A stretch of 63,979 nt of DNA from Candidatus Microgenomates bacterium (GCA_003576945.1 QEVC01000003.1:391-64369); one strand, 5' to 3'. Positions 9,792 to 20,233 are shown, counted from the first letter of the stretch. The notes: generated from the letters alone by a model not told the origin. Numbers and translations: made by a program.

Positions 9792-11990
9792 ATGAACTCT
9801 ACTAAAGTCGTCGCCCAAGTGGGTGGCCGTGATCTTATACTCGAATACGGGAAATTTTCCGAGCAAGCTAACGCTGCAATTCTCGTAACTTATGGTGATA
9901 CTGTTGTCCACGTCACAACCGTGATGGGTAAGAGTGACACTACTCTCTCCTATTTCCCACTTTCCGTTGACTTCGCCGAAAAGCTCTATGCTGGTGGCAA
10001 AATTAAGGGTAGTCGCTGGGTAAAAAGAGACGGTCGTCCCAGTGATGAAGCCGTACTTAAAGGTCGCATTATCGATCGTTCCATCAGGCCTTTATTCCCC
10101 AAAAACGTCAAGCGCGATGTTCAGGTTATCGCCACCGTCCTTTCTGCCGATGGCACCAATGACGCCGATATGCCAGGATTAGTCGCCACTAGTGCCGCCC
10201 TCCATGTTAGCAATATTCCCTGGGAAGGACCCATTGCTGGTGTCCGTGTTGGCATGATCGACGGCGTCTTTGTTGCTAACCCCACTTACGAGCAACGCAC
10301 TGTCTCTAAACTCGACCTAGTCGTTTCTGGTAGTAAAGATGCGATTGTCATGGTGGAGGCCGGTGCTAACGAAGTCACCGAAGAAGATACTTTAAAAGCA
10401 CTAGCATTTGCTCACGAAGAGATCAAAAAGATCATTGTTTCGATCGAAGAACTCCGCAAACTAGTCGGCAAAGAAAAATTGGTTTTCGAAACCAAAGAAA
10501 CTATTCCTCAGGAACTCAGGGACGAAGTTAGCAAAAAAATAACTAAAGATATTCGCGCTAAACTTGGCGTTCCTCAATCTGAGGATGGGTTGATCGAAGA
10601 ATTTGTCGCCAAACTCAAAGATGAATATGTCGACAAACTAGATGGTAAGCAGCTAGGGGAGATCGTCCATGACACACTCGCCGAAGTCGCTCGCGCCATG
10701 ACAATTAACGAAGAAATTCGTGTCGATGGTCGAAAAACTGTCGAGATTCGCCCACTTGCTGCCGAAGTTGACATTCTTCCTCGTCCTCATGGAAGCGCCA
10801 TGTTTAAGCGTGGCCAAACTCAGGTCTTATCTGTTGCCACCCTCGGCGCCCCCTCACTTGGTCAGATCATCGAGTCCATGGAGACAGAGACGGTCAAGCG
10901 CTACATCCATCACTATGCTATGCCACCCTACGCTTCAGGTGAGACTGGTCGCTTTGGTGCACCAGGTAGGCGTGAGATTGGTCACGGCGCCCTCGCCGAG
11001 CGCGCCATTGTTCCTATGCTCCCAACAGAGCTAGAGTTCCCTTACACCATTCACGTCGTCTCCGAAGTGATGAGTAGTAATGGCAGCACTAGCCAGGCTA
11101 GTGTCTGTGGCTCCTGTATGGCTTTGATGGCTGCCGGTGTTCCACTCAAAAAACCAGTAGCTGGTATTGCGATGGGTCTTATGACCGATGGTAAAAAGAG
11201 CGTTGTTTTAACCGACATTGCTGGCATCGAAGATCACGTCGGCGACATGGACTTTAAGGTGGCCGGTACCCGCGATGGTATCACCGCTCTGCAGATGGAT
11301 ATCAAGGTCAGTGGTATTAGTTTTGAGGTCTTAACCCAAGCTCTCGCTCAGGCCAAAGACGCTCGCATGCAGATCATGGATGTCATGCTGAGAGCTATCC
11401 CTGAACCCAGAAAAGAATTAAGCAAATACGCTCCCAAGATCGTCCAGTTTGAGATTCCCGTGGACAAAATCGGCGAGATCATCGGTCCCGGCGGCAAGAA
11501 CATCAAACTTATCATGAGTGAGACTGGTGCTGATGTCGATATCGACGATTCAACTGGCGTAGGCAAAGTCACCGTTAGTGGCGTCGATCCCGACGGGATG
11601 GACAAAGCCGTTAACTGGATCAAGGGCATGGTACACATCCCAGAAGTTGGTGAGGAATACGACGGCAAAGTTACCCGTGTCGAGGGTTATGGCTGTTTTG
11701 TCCAGTTTGCTCCCGGCAAACAGGGCTTAGTCCACGTCTCTCGCATGAGCGCTGATTATGTTCAAGACGCTGGTAGTCTTGTCAAAGAAGGCGACACCGT
11801 TCACGTTTGGGTCAAAGGCGTTGATGACCAAGGGAGAGTAGATCTCTCTATGGTTCCACTAGACCAGTTAAAGCCCGAAGCACCTCGTGAAGATCGTGGT
11901 GGTAGGGGTGGTTTTGGTGGCCCCCGCCGTGGTGGCTTTGGTGGAAGATCACGTGGTGGAGACCGCGGAGGATTCCGTCCTCGTCGTTAA
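9792..11990 (+). CDS. pnp: Polyribonucleotide nucleotidyltransferase
   Basis: RLIDR-like RIIDRSIRPLFP, RREIGHGALAERA, SNGSTSQASVC, GDMDFKVAGT, KH and S1 domains. Confidence 0.98.
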   Translation: MNSTKVVAQVGGRDLILEYGKFSEQANAAILVTYGDTVVHVTTVMGKSDTTLSYFPLSVDFAEKLYAGGKIKGSRWVKRDGRPSDEAVLKGRIIDRSIRPLFPKNVKRDVQVIATVLSADGTNDADMPGLVATSAALHVSNIPWEGPIAGVRVGMIDGVFVANPTYEQRTVSKLDLVVSGSKDAIVMVEAGANEVTEEDTLKALAFAHEEIKKIIVSIEELRKLVGKEKLVFETKETIPQELRDEVSKKITKDIRAKLGVPQSEDGLIEEFVAKLKDEYVDKLDGKQLGEIVHDTLAEVARAMTINEEIRVDGRKTVEIRPLAAEVDILPRPHGSAMFKRGQTQVLSVATLGAPSLGQIIESMETETVKRYIHHYAMPPYASGETGRFGAPGRREIGHGALAERAIVPMLPTELEFPYTIHVVSEVMSSNGSTSQASVCGSCMALMAAGVPLKKPVAGIAMGLMTDGKKSVVLTDIAGIEDHVGDMDFKVAGTRDGITALQMDIKVSGISFEVLTQALAQAKDARMQIMDVMLRAIPEPRKELSKYAPKIVQFEIPVDKIGEIIGPGGKNIKLIMSETGADVDIDDSTGVGKVTVSGVDPDGMDKAVNWIKGMVHIPEVGEEYDGKVTRVEGYGCFVQFAPGKQGLVHVSRMSADYVQDAGSLVKEGDTVHVWVKGVDDQGRVDLSMVPLDQLKPEAPREDRGGRGGFGGPRRGGFGGRSRGGDRGGFRPRR

Positions 11991-12085
11991 AAATAGTAAT
12001 CAGGTAATTACAAAGTAAAAGAAAAGCTTTCTGGGGAAACTGGGGAGCTTTTCTGTATATGTCCAATCTGTAGTACAATTTCGCT

Positions 12086-13252
12086 ATGACCGAAAATAAT
12101 CCAGTTCAAAGCTCTACTGCGCCAATCCTCGAAACCACCCCCGCCCTACCACTAGATACCGCGAAAAAACCCAACAGGCTCCCATACATTCTGGGCGGTG
12201 TTGCCGCAATTCTCGTCTCGCTCGCGCTTGGTATTACCTTTTTTAGTCGAAGTAGCACAGTGGCACCGAGCACTAGTGGAACAGATCAGGTCGATGCTCC
12301 ACCTGGCTACGTAAGTTACACCAACACTCCCCATTTCTACAGCATTGCTCTCTCTCCAAAATGGAGTGTGGTCGAGACGACCCCCGACCAGTTTGGTAAG
12401 TTAATTATTCAAACCAACGAACCCGCTCTAATAGAGATCGAAAGTTTTAAGGCTACGACCAGCAATCTCGAAGAGTACTTTGGCACTCTTCAGGATGGTC
12501 GAAGTAGCAGCAAAAGCAGTCCGGTCAAAGTAGGGGATTATGATGCCATCGAGCGCTTTGAAAGTTGGCCCAAAACTAGTCTCCAGCCAGTCATTACCTA
12601 CGCTCAGATTCAGGATAAGGTTTATATTTTTAGACTGCTTCCTGCTGGAGGTAAAAATGCCATTAGTAGCGAGAGCTTGCTCAAAGAATATCGAAATGTC
12701 TTATCTACTTTCAAACTAACCACCACCAAAGAATTAGGCACCGATTGGAAAACCTTCACTACGAGCCAAGTCGCAGAACTAGCGTATAAATCCTTTACCT
12801 TCTCTCATCCACAGTCATGGGCGGTGACCGAAAAATCAGAAAACAAGAACTTGATTGTCAGTATTTATCGCAACAATTACGAGATCAGTATTACTCAGGC
12901 TGCGGTCGGCGGCGCTGTTTGTCTATTTAAAGACAGTCCTGACTTTACTGGTAGTTCGGGAGATCTAAGAACTAAAGAATATACCGAGTTCGAGACTGCT
13001 ACCAAAGAAATCATGCGCCGGTACTTTAATCAGAATCAGGGCGAGAAGTCCACTTTTTACTTTTGTCAAAAAGAAATTAACTCCCCTTACTTCGCCACCC
13101 CAACCCTCTTTGGCGGTATCGTCTACTACGTCCCCGCCAAATACGATATCAACATTATCAAAGAGATGGATGAGATCGTTAAAACTTTTGTAAACAGCGA
13201 TAACACAACGCCCTCTCCCACTCCCGCTACTAGCTCAGCCACGACTCCATGA
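12086..13252 (+). CDS. Membrane-anchored surface protein with two possible PsbP-like domains
   Basis: One TM segment; two motifs of the type Y/W-x-x-Y/F...Y/F-S/T-x-x-x-P-x-x-W; S/T/P-rich tail. Confidence 0.55.
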   Translation: MTENNPVQSSTAPILETTPALPLDTAKKPNRLPYILGGVAAILVSLALGITFFSRSSTVAPSTSGTDQVDAPPGYVSYTNTPHFYSIALSPKWSVVETTPDQFGKLIIQTNEPALIEIESFKATTSNLEEYFGTLQDGRSSSKSSPVKVGDYDAIERFESWPKTSLQPVITYAQIQDKVYIFRLLPAGGKNAISSESLLKEYRNVLSTFKLTTTKELGTDWKTFTTSQVAELAYKSFTFSHPQSWAVTEKSENKNLIVSIYRNNYEISITQAAVGGAVCLFKDSPDFTGSSGDLRTKEYTEFETATKEIMRRYFNQNQGEKSTFYFCQKEINSPYFATPTLFGGIVYYVPAKYDINIIKEMDEIVKTFVNSDNTTPSPTPATSSATTP

Positions 13253-14364
13253 AACTACCCGTTCTGCCTTTGATCCTTGGTACTTTTTTTGGCACGATCT
13301 TTGTTTCTGTTCTGACGTTTATGTTAGTCAAAACTTGGGGTGTACATGCTGATATGCCAATCGATCCCGAAGTTACATTTGAGCTCCCAGACGTAACTAC
13401 CACCTACAAAGTTAGAGATCTCCCCGTCTCACAGGATTCGATCATTATCCCAAGTACAGATCAGGGCGAACCATCCTTTAGCTACGATTCTAAGACTGGT
13501 AGTATTACCCTCACGAGCTCACCTTCTGATTATCAGATTGCACTCTCCACTCTCCCCAACTTACGTGGTACGACCGAACCACATCAAACTTTAACTCCCA
13601 ACTACACGCTTATCCCACGCTACCAAAACAGAGTCGAGCTCTACAACAAGCGACTTAATATTGTCCACCGCTCACCCCTCCAAATCCTGCTAAAAGATGG
13701 TAGTCGCGAGACTGAGCTGGAGCTCCCTCCTGAGCTTATCCGCAACATGATCATGCCGACCTCACTCGATCTCTCAGTCCCATTGGGTGTGGACGAGCCG
13801 ATGCTTTTGGGCTACATCCTCCCACGCCTCACTTCTAAGCAAAAAGAATACTTTAGCTTAACTTCAACAACCAGTAATGTCAGAAACGCTCTCTTTGAGC
13901 GACTCAAGCTCCAGACTACCCCAATCGTCTTAGGTGTTGATGATGGTCCGACTAGTGACGGCCAACTTGCCCCTAAATATATTGAGGTCGACATTTCTCA
14001 ACAAAAGCTCTATTTTTTTGCAAGTGGTCAACTCGCCAAAACCTACACGATTTCAACTGGATTAGATTATCCGACACCAGTAGGTGAGTTTCATATCATG
14101 AACAAAGCACCACTCGCATTTTCTGGTATCTACAATGCTTGGATGCCATACTGGATGGCTTTTGAATATGCGGGTGATGTCGGAGCTTATCTAGGCTTTC
14201 ATGAAAAAGCCTATACTAGTCTAGTCAAAGGTAAAAAAATATATAGCCATGACCGTGAGATTGGGGACAAGCTAACCGGTGGTTGTATCGCACTCTCAGC
14301 GAGTGACGCCAAAGAAGTCTATGATCACAGTGATGTTGGCATGCTAGTTCGCATCGTGCCATAA
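13249..14364 (+). CDS. L,D-transpeptidase (YkuD) family protein
   Basis: IEVDISQQKLY, ISTG...TPVGEFHIMNK, MPYWM, GFHE...TGGCIAL; N-terminal membrane anchor. Confidence 0.85.
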   Translation: MKLPVLPLILGTFFGTIFVSVLTFMLVKTWGVHADMPIDPEVTFELPDVTTTYKVRDLPVSQDSIIIPSTDQGEPSFSYDSKTGSITLTSSPSDYQIALSTLPNLRGTTEPHQTLTPNYTLIPRYQNRVELYNKRLNIVHRSPLQILLKDGSRETELELPPELIRNMIMPTSLDLSVPLGVDEPMLLGYILPRLTSKQKEYFSLTSTTSNVRNALFERLKLQTTPIVLGVDDGPTSDGQLAPKYIEVDISQQKLYFFASGQLAKTYTISTGLDYPTPVGEFHIMNKAPLAFSGIYNAWMPYWMAFEYAGDVGAYLGFHEKAYTSLVKGKKIYSHDREIGDKLTGGCIALSASDAKEVYDHSDVGMLVRIVP

Positions 14365-14378
14365 GGTATACTAAAAGT

Positions 14379-15440
14379 ATGGATACTATTGCCCAAACCG
14401 ATTTTGCTGAAGAACTAGTCAAGCTCAAAGCCAAAGTAGATACTACCGAACTCCCTGAGGACCTAAAAGATAAGGCCACTGAAATGCTCTCGCGGCTAAA
14501 TCGCATGATCAACACAGGCGTCTACTCAGCCGAGTACGACCGCATTAGCCATTATATCGACTGGATCACCAGTATTCCCTGGGGGAAGACTTCAACTGAC
14601 AAATTAGACATCGTCGCCGCAGCCACCAATATGAACAAGAGTCACTATGGCATGCAGGAGACCAAGGATCGCATTCTCGAATATTTGGCAACAATCAAAC
14701 TCAGGATGGATCAGGGTGGGGAGAAAGTAGTGCGAGCTCCTGCCATTTTCCTGGTTGGCTTGGTTGGTACGGGCAAGACCACCTTTGCCTATAGTCTCGC
14801 CGAGACGCTCGGTCGCCGCTTTGCCCGTATCCCGTTTGGTGGACTAGGTAGCGCGCAGGATCTACGGGGCAAATCAAGGCTATTTGCTGAGGCAGAGCCT
14901 GGCCACATTGTCAAAGCCCTCCGTGACGCTGGTAGTATGAACCCCATTATTCTACTCGACGAAATTGACCGTGTCGGCGCTGAGGAGCGCGCCGACATCA
15001 TGGGCGTCTTAGTCGAACTCCTAGATCCCACCCAGAACAACCGTTTCTTAGACCACTATCTCGATTTCCCGCTTGACCTGTCACAAGTTCTTTTTGTGGC
15101 TACCGCCAACAATACCACCAATGTTGCCACCGCCGTCTTAGATCGTCTTGAGCTAATTCAGATGCCATCTTATACGGACGAGGAGAAGATTCATATTTCT
15201 CGCGAATACTTGCTCCCAAAAGCTCTCAAAGAATCAGGGTTACTCCCTACTCAACTAGTTATTGACGAAGCTGTTTGGCCAGTTGTTGCGCGTCCTCTAG
15301 GATATGACGCTGGTATTCGTACTCTTCAGCGTACTCTGGCAGCACTAACTCGCAGGGTAGCACGTGAGATTGTCGAAGGCAAAACTGCTACCGTCAAAGT
15401 TGATATTAATAACTACAAACAATATATGAAAGCTTATTAA
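14379..15440 (+). CDS. Lon-type AAA+ ATPase module lacking the N-terminal and protease domains
   Basis: SHYGMQETKDRILEYLA, GLVGTGKTT, LLDEIDRV, ELLDPTQN..FLDHYLDFPLDLSQVLFVATAN. The ORF ends where the Lon protease domain would begin. Confidence 0.88.
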   Translation: MDTIAQTDFAEELVKLKAKVDTTELPEDLKDKATEMLSRLNRMINTGVYSAEYDRISHYIDWITSIPWGKTSTDKLDIVAAATNMNKSHYGMQETKDRILEYLATIKLRMDQGGEKVVRAPAIFLVGLVGTGKTTFAYSLAETLGRRFARIPFGGLGSAQDLRGKSRLFAEAEPGHIVKALRDAGSMNPIILLDEIDRVGAEERADIMGVLVELLDPTQNNRFLDHYLDFPLDLSQVLFVATANNTTNVATAVLDRLELIQMPSYTDEEKIHISREYLLPKALKESGLLPTQLVIDEAVWPVVARPLGYDAGIRTLQRTLAALTRRVAREIVEGKTATVKVDINNYKQYMKAY

Positions 15441-15443
15441 CTT

Positions 15444-17087
15444 ATGCTAAATACTCCCATAAAAATGATCCCACTCGGTGGGATGCCCAATGTACATGAC
15501 AATATGTATGTCTACGAGTCTGATTCGGATATTTTTATCGTCGATTGTGGCATGGGTTTCCCCGAAGAGGGTGTTCCTGGAGTTGATTTAACAATTCCGG
15601 ACGTCACCTATTTAAAAGACAAAATCAGTCGGATACGAGGCTTTGTTGTGACCCATGGTCACGAGGATCATATTGGCGGTTTCCCTTTTGTCATCCCTCA
15701 ATTGGGTGGGGCTATTCCGATATATGCCAGCAAATTAACCGCCGGCTTCTTACGCGAAAAATTTAAGGATTACGGCCTAGACACCAAAATGATCAACGTG
15801 GTAGGGGATAGACAACCCATTCAACTTGGTGTCTTTGAAGTCAAAATGATACCCGTTACCCACTCCGTTCCTGACACCAAACATCTTATCATCAAAACCC
15901 CTCACGGTAATGTTTACCATGGCTCAGATTTTAAGTTTGATTGGACTCCTGTTGGTCAAGAGTTGCCTGACGTTTCTAGTATGACAAGGGCAGGCGCCGA
16001 AGGGGTTACCCTCCTATTGTCAGATTGTCTCAGGTCCGAAAAACCAGGTTATTCTTTGTCCGAGGCTAGTGTCGAAGAATCATTCGAACGCGAATTTAGA
16101 GATAATGCTAATCGAGTGGTTGTCACCACTATGAGTAGTAACATTAGTCGTATTCAACAAGCCCTCTGGGTAGCCAGGAGGCATAATCGTAAAGTAGCCT
16201 TTGTCGGTTATAGTATCGAAAAAAATGTCAAGGTTGCCGCCGAACTTGGGTTCCTCAAAATACCCCCGCGGTTAATTGTCGATAAGCGGAAATTGAAAGA
16301 TATTCCCAAGGATGAACAGTGCTTAATCATTGCGGGCAGTCAGGGTCAGCTCGGTAGTAGTCTCGAAAAGATTGCGGTAGGTGATCACAAAATGATCAAA
16401 CTCGATTCAGGTGACAAAGTCATCTTTTCTGCAGACCCTATTCCCGGCAACGAAAGCAATGTTTATCGTCTAATTGACATGTTAAGCATAAAAGGACTGC
16501 GCGTCTCCTACAGCGATATTGCCGATGACCTCCACGTCTCCGGTCATGCCAGTAGTAGTGAGATCAAAATGCTGATGGCCATGACTCGCCCCAAGTATGT
16601 CATGGGTACCGGTGGTACCCATCGCCATGCCGTTCAATTTGGCAAACTCGCCCGTGAAATGGGGATCCCCCAAGACCACATTCTCGCGAGCGAAAATCAA
16701 CCCTTAGTTATCGAGCCAGGTGGGATCGTTCATCTTGGTGACCCAATTCCACTTCGCACGGTCTATGTTGAGTCGGGTCAGATTGCCAGAAGCGACAAAC
16801 CAATTGCCGATCGGCAAGCGATGTTTCAGGAGGGTGTGGTAGTTACAGTTGTTACCCAATCTGGTCACGAACTCGAAGTCGACTTTATCCCCAAAGGCAT
16901 CATCACCCACATCGAAGATAATGTATTATTGCGTTTCAAAAACTCGCTTAGGTCCGCACTGCGTGCAGAGGACGATCGTCGAGATAAGGTGTATAGTAAA
17001 GACAAGATCGCCAAGGAGGTAAGTCGCTTATTCCTCGAAGAGTATGGCAAAAATCCCCTGGTTATCCCAATTATTATTGATAACTAA
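15444..17087 (+). CDS. rnj: Ribonuclease J
   Basis: THGHEDHIGG, HSVPD, GSDFKFDWTP, IPGNE, HVSGHAS. Confidence 0.95.
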   Translation: MLNTPIKMIPLGGMPNVHDNMYVYESDSDIFIVDCGMGFPEEGVPGVDLTIPDVTYLKDKISRIRGFVVTHGHEDHIGGFPFVIPQLGGAIPIYASKLTAGFLREKFKDYGLDTKMINVVGDRQPIQLGVFEVKMIPVTHSVPDTKHLIIKTPHGNVYHGSDFKFDWTPVGQELPDVSSMTRAGAEGVTLLLSDCLRSEKPGYSLSEASVEESFEREFRDNANRVVVTTMSSNISRIQQALWVARRHNRKVAFVGYSIEKNVKVAAELGFLKIPPRLIVDKRKLKDIPKDEQCLIIAGSQGQLGSSLEKIAVGDHKMIKLDSGDKVIFSADPIPGNESNVYRLIDMLSIKGLRVSYSDIADDLHVSGHASSSEIKMLMAMTRPKYVMGTGGTHRHAVQFGKLAREMGIPQDHILASENQPLVIEPGGIVHLGDPIPLRTVYVESGQIARSDKPIADRQAMFQEGVVVTVVTQSGHELEVDFIPKGIITHIEDNVLLRFKNSLRSALRAEDDRRDKVYSKDKIAKEVSRLFLEEYGKNPLVIPIIIDN

Positions 17088-17128
17088 CTTGAGAACTTTA
17101 TAAGCTTGTAGCTTTAATAATAAAACTT

Positions 17129-19261
17129 ATGGCTCGTCGTGGTCGTCGTAAAAATCCATTCAAACTAAAACTTCGCAAAGAAATTGTCTATAGCGTCGTT
17201 TCAATTCTCTTCCTTATTTGCGCGGCCGTTGTGATGCTTAGTTTTACTCGTAGTAGTCCCGCCCTAAGTGACCTCTACCTAGTTCTATTTCGCGCCTTTG
17301 GTTGGACCATGTTAATTCTCCCATTTCTCTTAATCTCGATAGGTCTCATGATGATGTCTCTTAAATGGGCGATCGCATCTCCCAGCCTCCTCTTAGGTGG
17401 TCTCCTCGTTTTTATTGGCTCCTTAGGAGTTAGCGAAGCAGGGGAGCTCGGACTCATTATCAAAGAAGCGCTAAGCGCGCTCGTTGGTAGCGCGGGTGCC
17501 AGCATTATTACTGGAGCCACAATCTTGATTGGTGGCATGATTATTACCAATACCCCCCTCGAAGAATTGGTGATGGGACTCATGCAACTACTTGGGAGCT
17601 TTCAGTCCATCTTTGCTTGGATGTTTGCGAAGAAGGATGATTTTGGCGAGCCAGTCAAAAAAGTGGCAAATAAACCGCTATTTCAAGACGATACCGAAAC
17701 AAAAATTAACATCCCGAGTGGTAGTGGTGCTCCAGCCACTGAGGCGAACAAGCCTGTGTCTAAACCAAAAGACAAAAACGCTAATACCGATTTTGAGACT
17801 ACTCTTGCAAGCGGCAAAGATGGTACTGCAAAAATCTGGAAATATCCAAGTCTGAGCTTGCTCTCTGCACAAAAAGGCGCCAAAGCCGACCGTGGTGATA
17901 TTAAAGAGAACGCAAGCATTATTGAAAGCACTCTTGATTCCTTTGGTATTCGCGCCAAAGTTATGGAAGTAAACGGTGGTCCTGCTGTTACTCAGTATGC
18001 TATCCGCATTGCCGAAGGCACCAAGCTCAGCAAAATCAAAGGCCTGTCTACTGACCTCGCTCTCGCTCTTGCTGCGCCCACCGGCACGATCCGTATTGAG
18101 GCGCCTATTCCAGGTCGCAACCTTGTCGGTCTCGAAATCCCCAACCGTTCACCCGAGTATGTGACGTTGCAAGAAATCATGACCCATCCCGACATGAAAA
18201 AGGAAAAATCAAGACTAGCGGTCGGTTTGGGGTTAGGCGTCTCAGGCGCTCCCATAATCGCCGATATTAAAAAAATGCCCCACGTCTTGGTTGCTGGTTC
18301 TACTGGTTCGGGTAAATCTGTTTGTATTAACACCATTATCACCACGCTCCTTTTTCGCAACTCGCCGACTGAATTACGTTTTATCTTGGTTGACCCCAAG
18401 CGCGTTGAGTTAACTGGTTATAACGGTATTCCACACTTACTAACGCCAGTCATCACCAATACCGATCAAGTGGTTGCTGCCCTTACTTGGGCAACCAAAG
18501 AGATGGATAAACGCTACAAAATGTTTGCCGAGGTCGGCGTTAGAAATGTCGAAGAATACAATGAACTATCCGGCTTTACCGTCATGGAATACATCGTGAT
18601 CGTGATCGATGAGCTGGCCGATATCATGCTCTCTTCCCCCACCAAGGTCGAAGACTTAATTGTCAGACTCGCGCAAATGGCTCGTGCCACCGGGATCCAT
18701 CTCATTCTTGCAACGCAGCGGCCTTCAGTCAACGTGATCACTGGGTTAATCAAAGCCAATGTCCCAACCCGCATTGCCTTTAACGTGGCGAGCATGATCG
18801 ACAGTCGTGTCATTATTGATAGTCCTGGTGCCGAGAAACTTTTGGGGCGAGGTGATATGCTCTACGTCCCGCCCGATCGCCCCCTCCCAACACGTATTCA
18901 AGGTACTTACGTAACTAATGATGAGATTAAAGCGCTTATTGAATATCTCAAAAAGATTGACGCAGGTGAAATTAAGTATCAAGAAGAAGTTACCGAGAAA
19001 TATATAACCGGGGATGATGGTGGCAAATCTGCTGAGCGCGATCCCGAATTTGACGACGCCGTAAACGTGGTCATTGCAGCCGGGCGTGCTAGTACTAGTT
19101 TCTTGCAGCGCAAAATGTCACTTGGTTATAACAAGGCTGCTCGGATCATGGACCAGCTCGAAACAGCTGGTGTTGTAGGTCCGCAGGAAGGTGCTAAGCC
19201 ACGTTCCATTTTGATCCATAGCCTCGAAGAGCTCAAAGCCAAAGAAGCCGAAAATTCCTAA
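17129..19261 (+). CDS. ftsK: DNA translocase FtsK/SpoIIIE
   Basis: N-terminal TMs, RIEAPIPG, PHVLVAGSTGSGKS, DELAD, ARATGIHLILATQRPS, gamma domain (STSFLQRKMSLGYNKAARIMDQLE). Confidence 0.97.
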   Translation: MARRGRRKNPFKLKLRKEIVYSVVSILFLICAAVVMLSFTRSSPALSDLYLVLFRAFGWTMLILPFLLISIGLMMMSLKWAIASPSLLLGGLLVFIGSLGVSEAGELGLIIKEALSALVGSAGASIITGATILIGGMIITNTPLEELVMGLMQLLGSFQSIFAWMFAKKDDFGEPVKKVANKPLFQDDTETKINIPSGSGAPATEANKPVSKPKDKNANTDFETTLASGKDGTAKIWKYPSLSLLSAQKGAKADRGDIKENASIIESTLDSFGIRAKVMEVNGGPAVTQYAIRIAEGTKLSKIKGLSTDLALALAAPTGTIRIEAPIPGRNLVGLEIPNRSPEYVTLQEIMTHPDMKKEKSRLAVGLGLGVSGAPIIADIKKMPHVLVAGSTGSGKSVCINTIITTLLFRNSPTELRFILVDPKRVELTGYNGIPHLLTPVITNTDQVVAALTWATKEMDKRYKMFAEVGVRNVEEYNELSGFTVMEYIVIVIDELADIMLSSPTKVEDLIVRLAQMARATGIHLILATQRPSVNVITGLIKANVPTRIAFNVASMIDSRVIIDSPGAEKLLGRGDMLYVPPDRPLPTRIQGTYVTNDEIKALIEYLKKIDAGEIKYQEEVTEKYITGDDGGKSAERDPEFDDAVNVVIAAGRASTSFLQRKMSLGYNKAARIMDQLETAGVVGPQEGAKPRSILIHSLEELKAKEAENS

Positions 19262-19267
19262 TTATTT

Positions 19268-19891
19268 ATGAAAACCGCTGGTGACTTACTTAGAGATAAA
19301 CGCTTGATTCTCGAACTAAGTCTCGAGGTTGTTTCTAGTCGGACCAAAGTTAAGCCCGAGTATCTCCTCGCCCTCGAAGAATCAGATTTCGACAGACTGC
19401 CGAGCGCCCCAGTTACAAAAGGATTTCTCAAAAGCTACGCAAAAGTGCTTCATCTCAATCCAGATACCTTAATCGCAATGTATCGGCGGGACTATGACGA
19501 GGTTATGGGTGAGATCATGCCTCATGGTTTAGTTGAGCCAATTATTAAAAGATCGAGGCTATTTTCAGTTCCTGTGCTTTTGACAATAATCTCGGTCCTA
19601 ACCTTCTTTGGCTTCTTATTTATTCAGCTAGTATCATGGTGGAGTCTCCCCAAACTGCAGCTATTTCAGCCCGTAGATGGTGAAACCTATGGAGAGTTAA
19701 TCACCGTCAAAGGCACAACAGATCCCAATGTGACACTGCGCGTCGGGGAACAATCAGTCCTGGTTAACCAAAATGGTGAATTCAGTCTTGACTTAAAATA
19801 TCCGGCCGGCACTCATCGTCTCCTTATCCAAGCAACTACTCGTGACGGCAAAACACGCTTACTCGAAAGAACTTTCACTGTTAGTAAATAA
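19268..19891 (+). CDS. RodZ-like HTH membrane protein with a short Ig-like C-terminus
   Basis: GDLLRDKR...YLLALEE...GFLKSYAKVLHL HTH, one TM segment; directly follows ftsK. Confidence 0.75.
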   Translation: MKTAGDLLRDKRLILELSLEVVSSRTKVKPEYLLALEESDFDRLPSAPVTKGFLKSYAKVLHLNPDTLIAMYRRDYDEVMGEIMPHGLVEPIIKRSRLFSVPVLLTIISVLTFFGFLFIQLVSWWSLPKLQLFQPVDGETYGELITVKGTTDPNVTLRVGEQSVLVNQNGEFSLDLKYPAGTHRLLIQATTRDGKTRLLERTFTVSK

Positions 19892-19913
19892 CATGGTAGT
19901 ATTAATCTAAGAT

Positions 19914-20189
19914 ATGGACCTACCACAAATAGTGCTATTAACAATTATTATTGCTGTCGGCGTAATTCTCATTGTGATTGGCGTGCAGATTATCGGACTA
20001 CTAAAAGACGCCAAGGAAACTCTTCGTAAAACCGATCTGGTAATAGAGGATCTTGGTTTTCTCACTCGCAGTCTTACCCGTGGTGGCACCGCTCTTGGTA
20101 ATATGTTAACCTCGCTCCAATCTGGGATGCAGCTCGTCGGCCTCGTCACCAAGGTTTTAGCTCCCACCAAATCAAAAAAAATTGATTAA
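19914..20189 (+). CDS. Small membrane protein (YtxG/DUF948-like)
   Basis: N-terminal TM plus amphipathic helix; paired with a YtxH-like gene. Confidence 0.55.
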   Translation: MDLPQIVLLTIIIAVGVILIVIGVQIIGLLKDAKETLRKTDLVIEDLGFLTRSLTRGGTALGNMLTSLQSGMQLVGLVTKVLAPTKSKKID

Positions 20190-20199
20190 ATACTGCTTT

Positions 20200-20223
20200 A
20201 CGGCTATACGGATACACGGATAT
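20200..20223. repeat. Tandem octamer ACGG(C/A)TA(T/C) x3
   Basis: ACGGCTAT ACGGATAC ACGGATAT. Confidence 0.8.
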
Positions 20224-20233
20224 ACAAACAGAT

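Noticed and set aside
12021-12053. GAAAAGCT...AGCTTTTC inverted repeat after pnp
   Set aside because: Probably an ordinary terminator; the inner stem is irregular, so it was not called.
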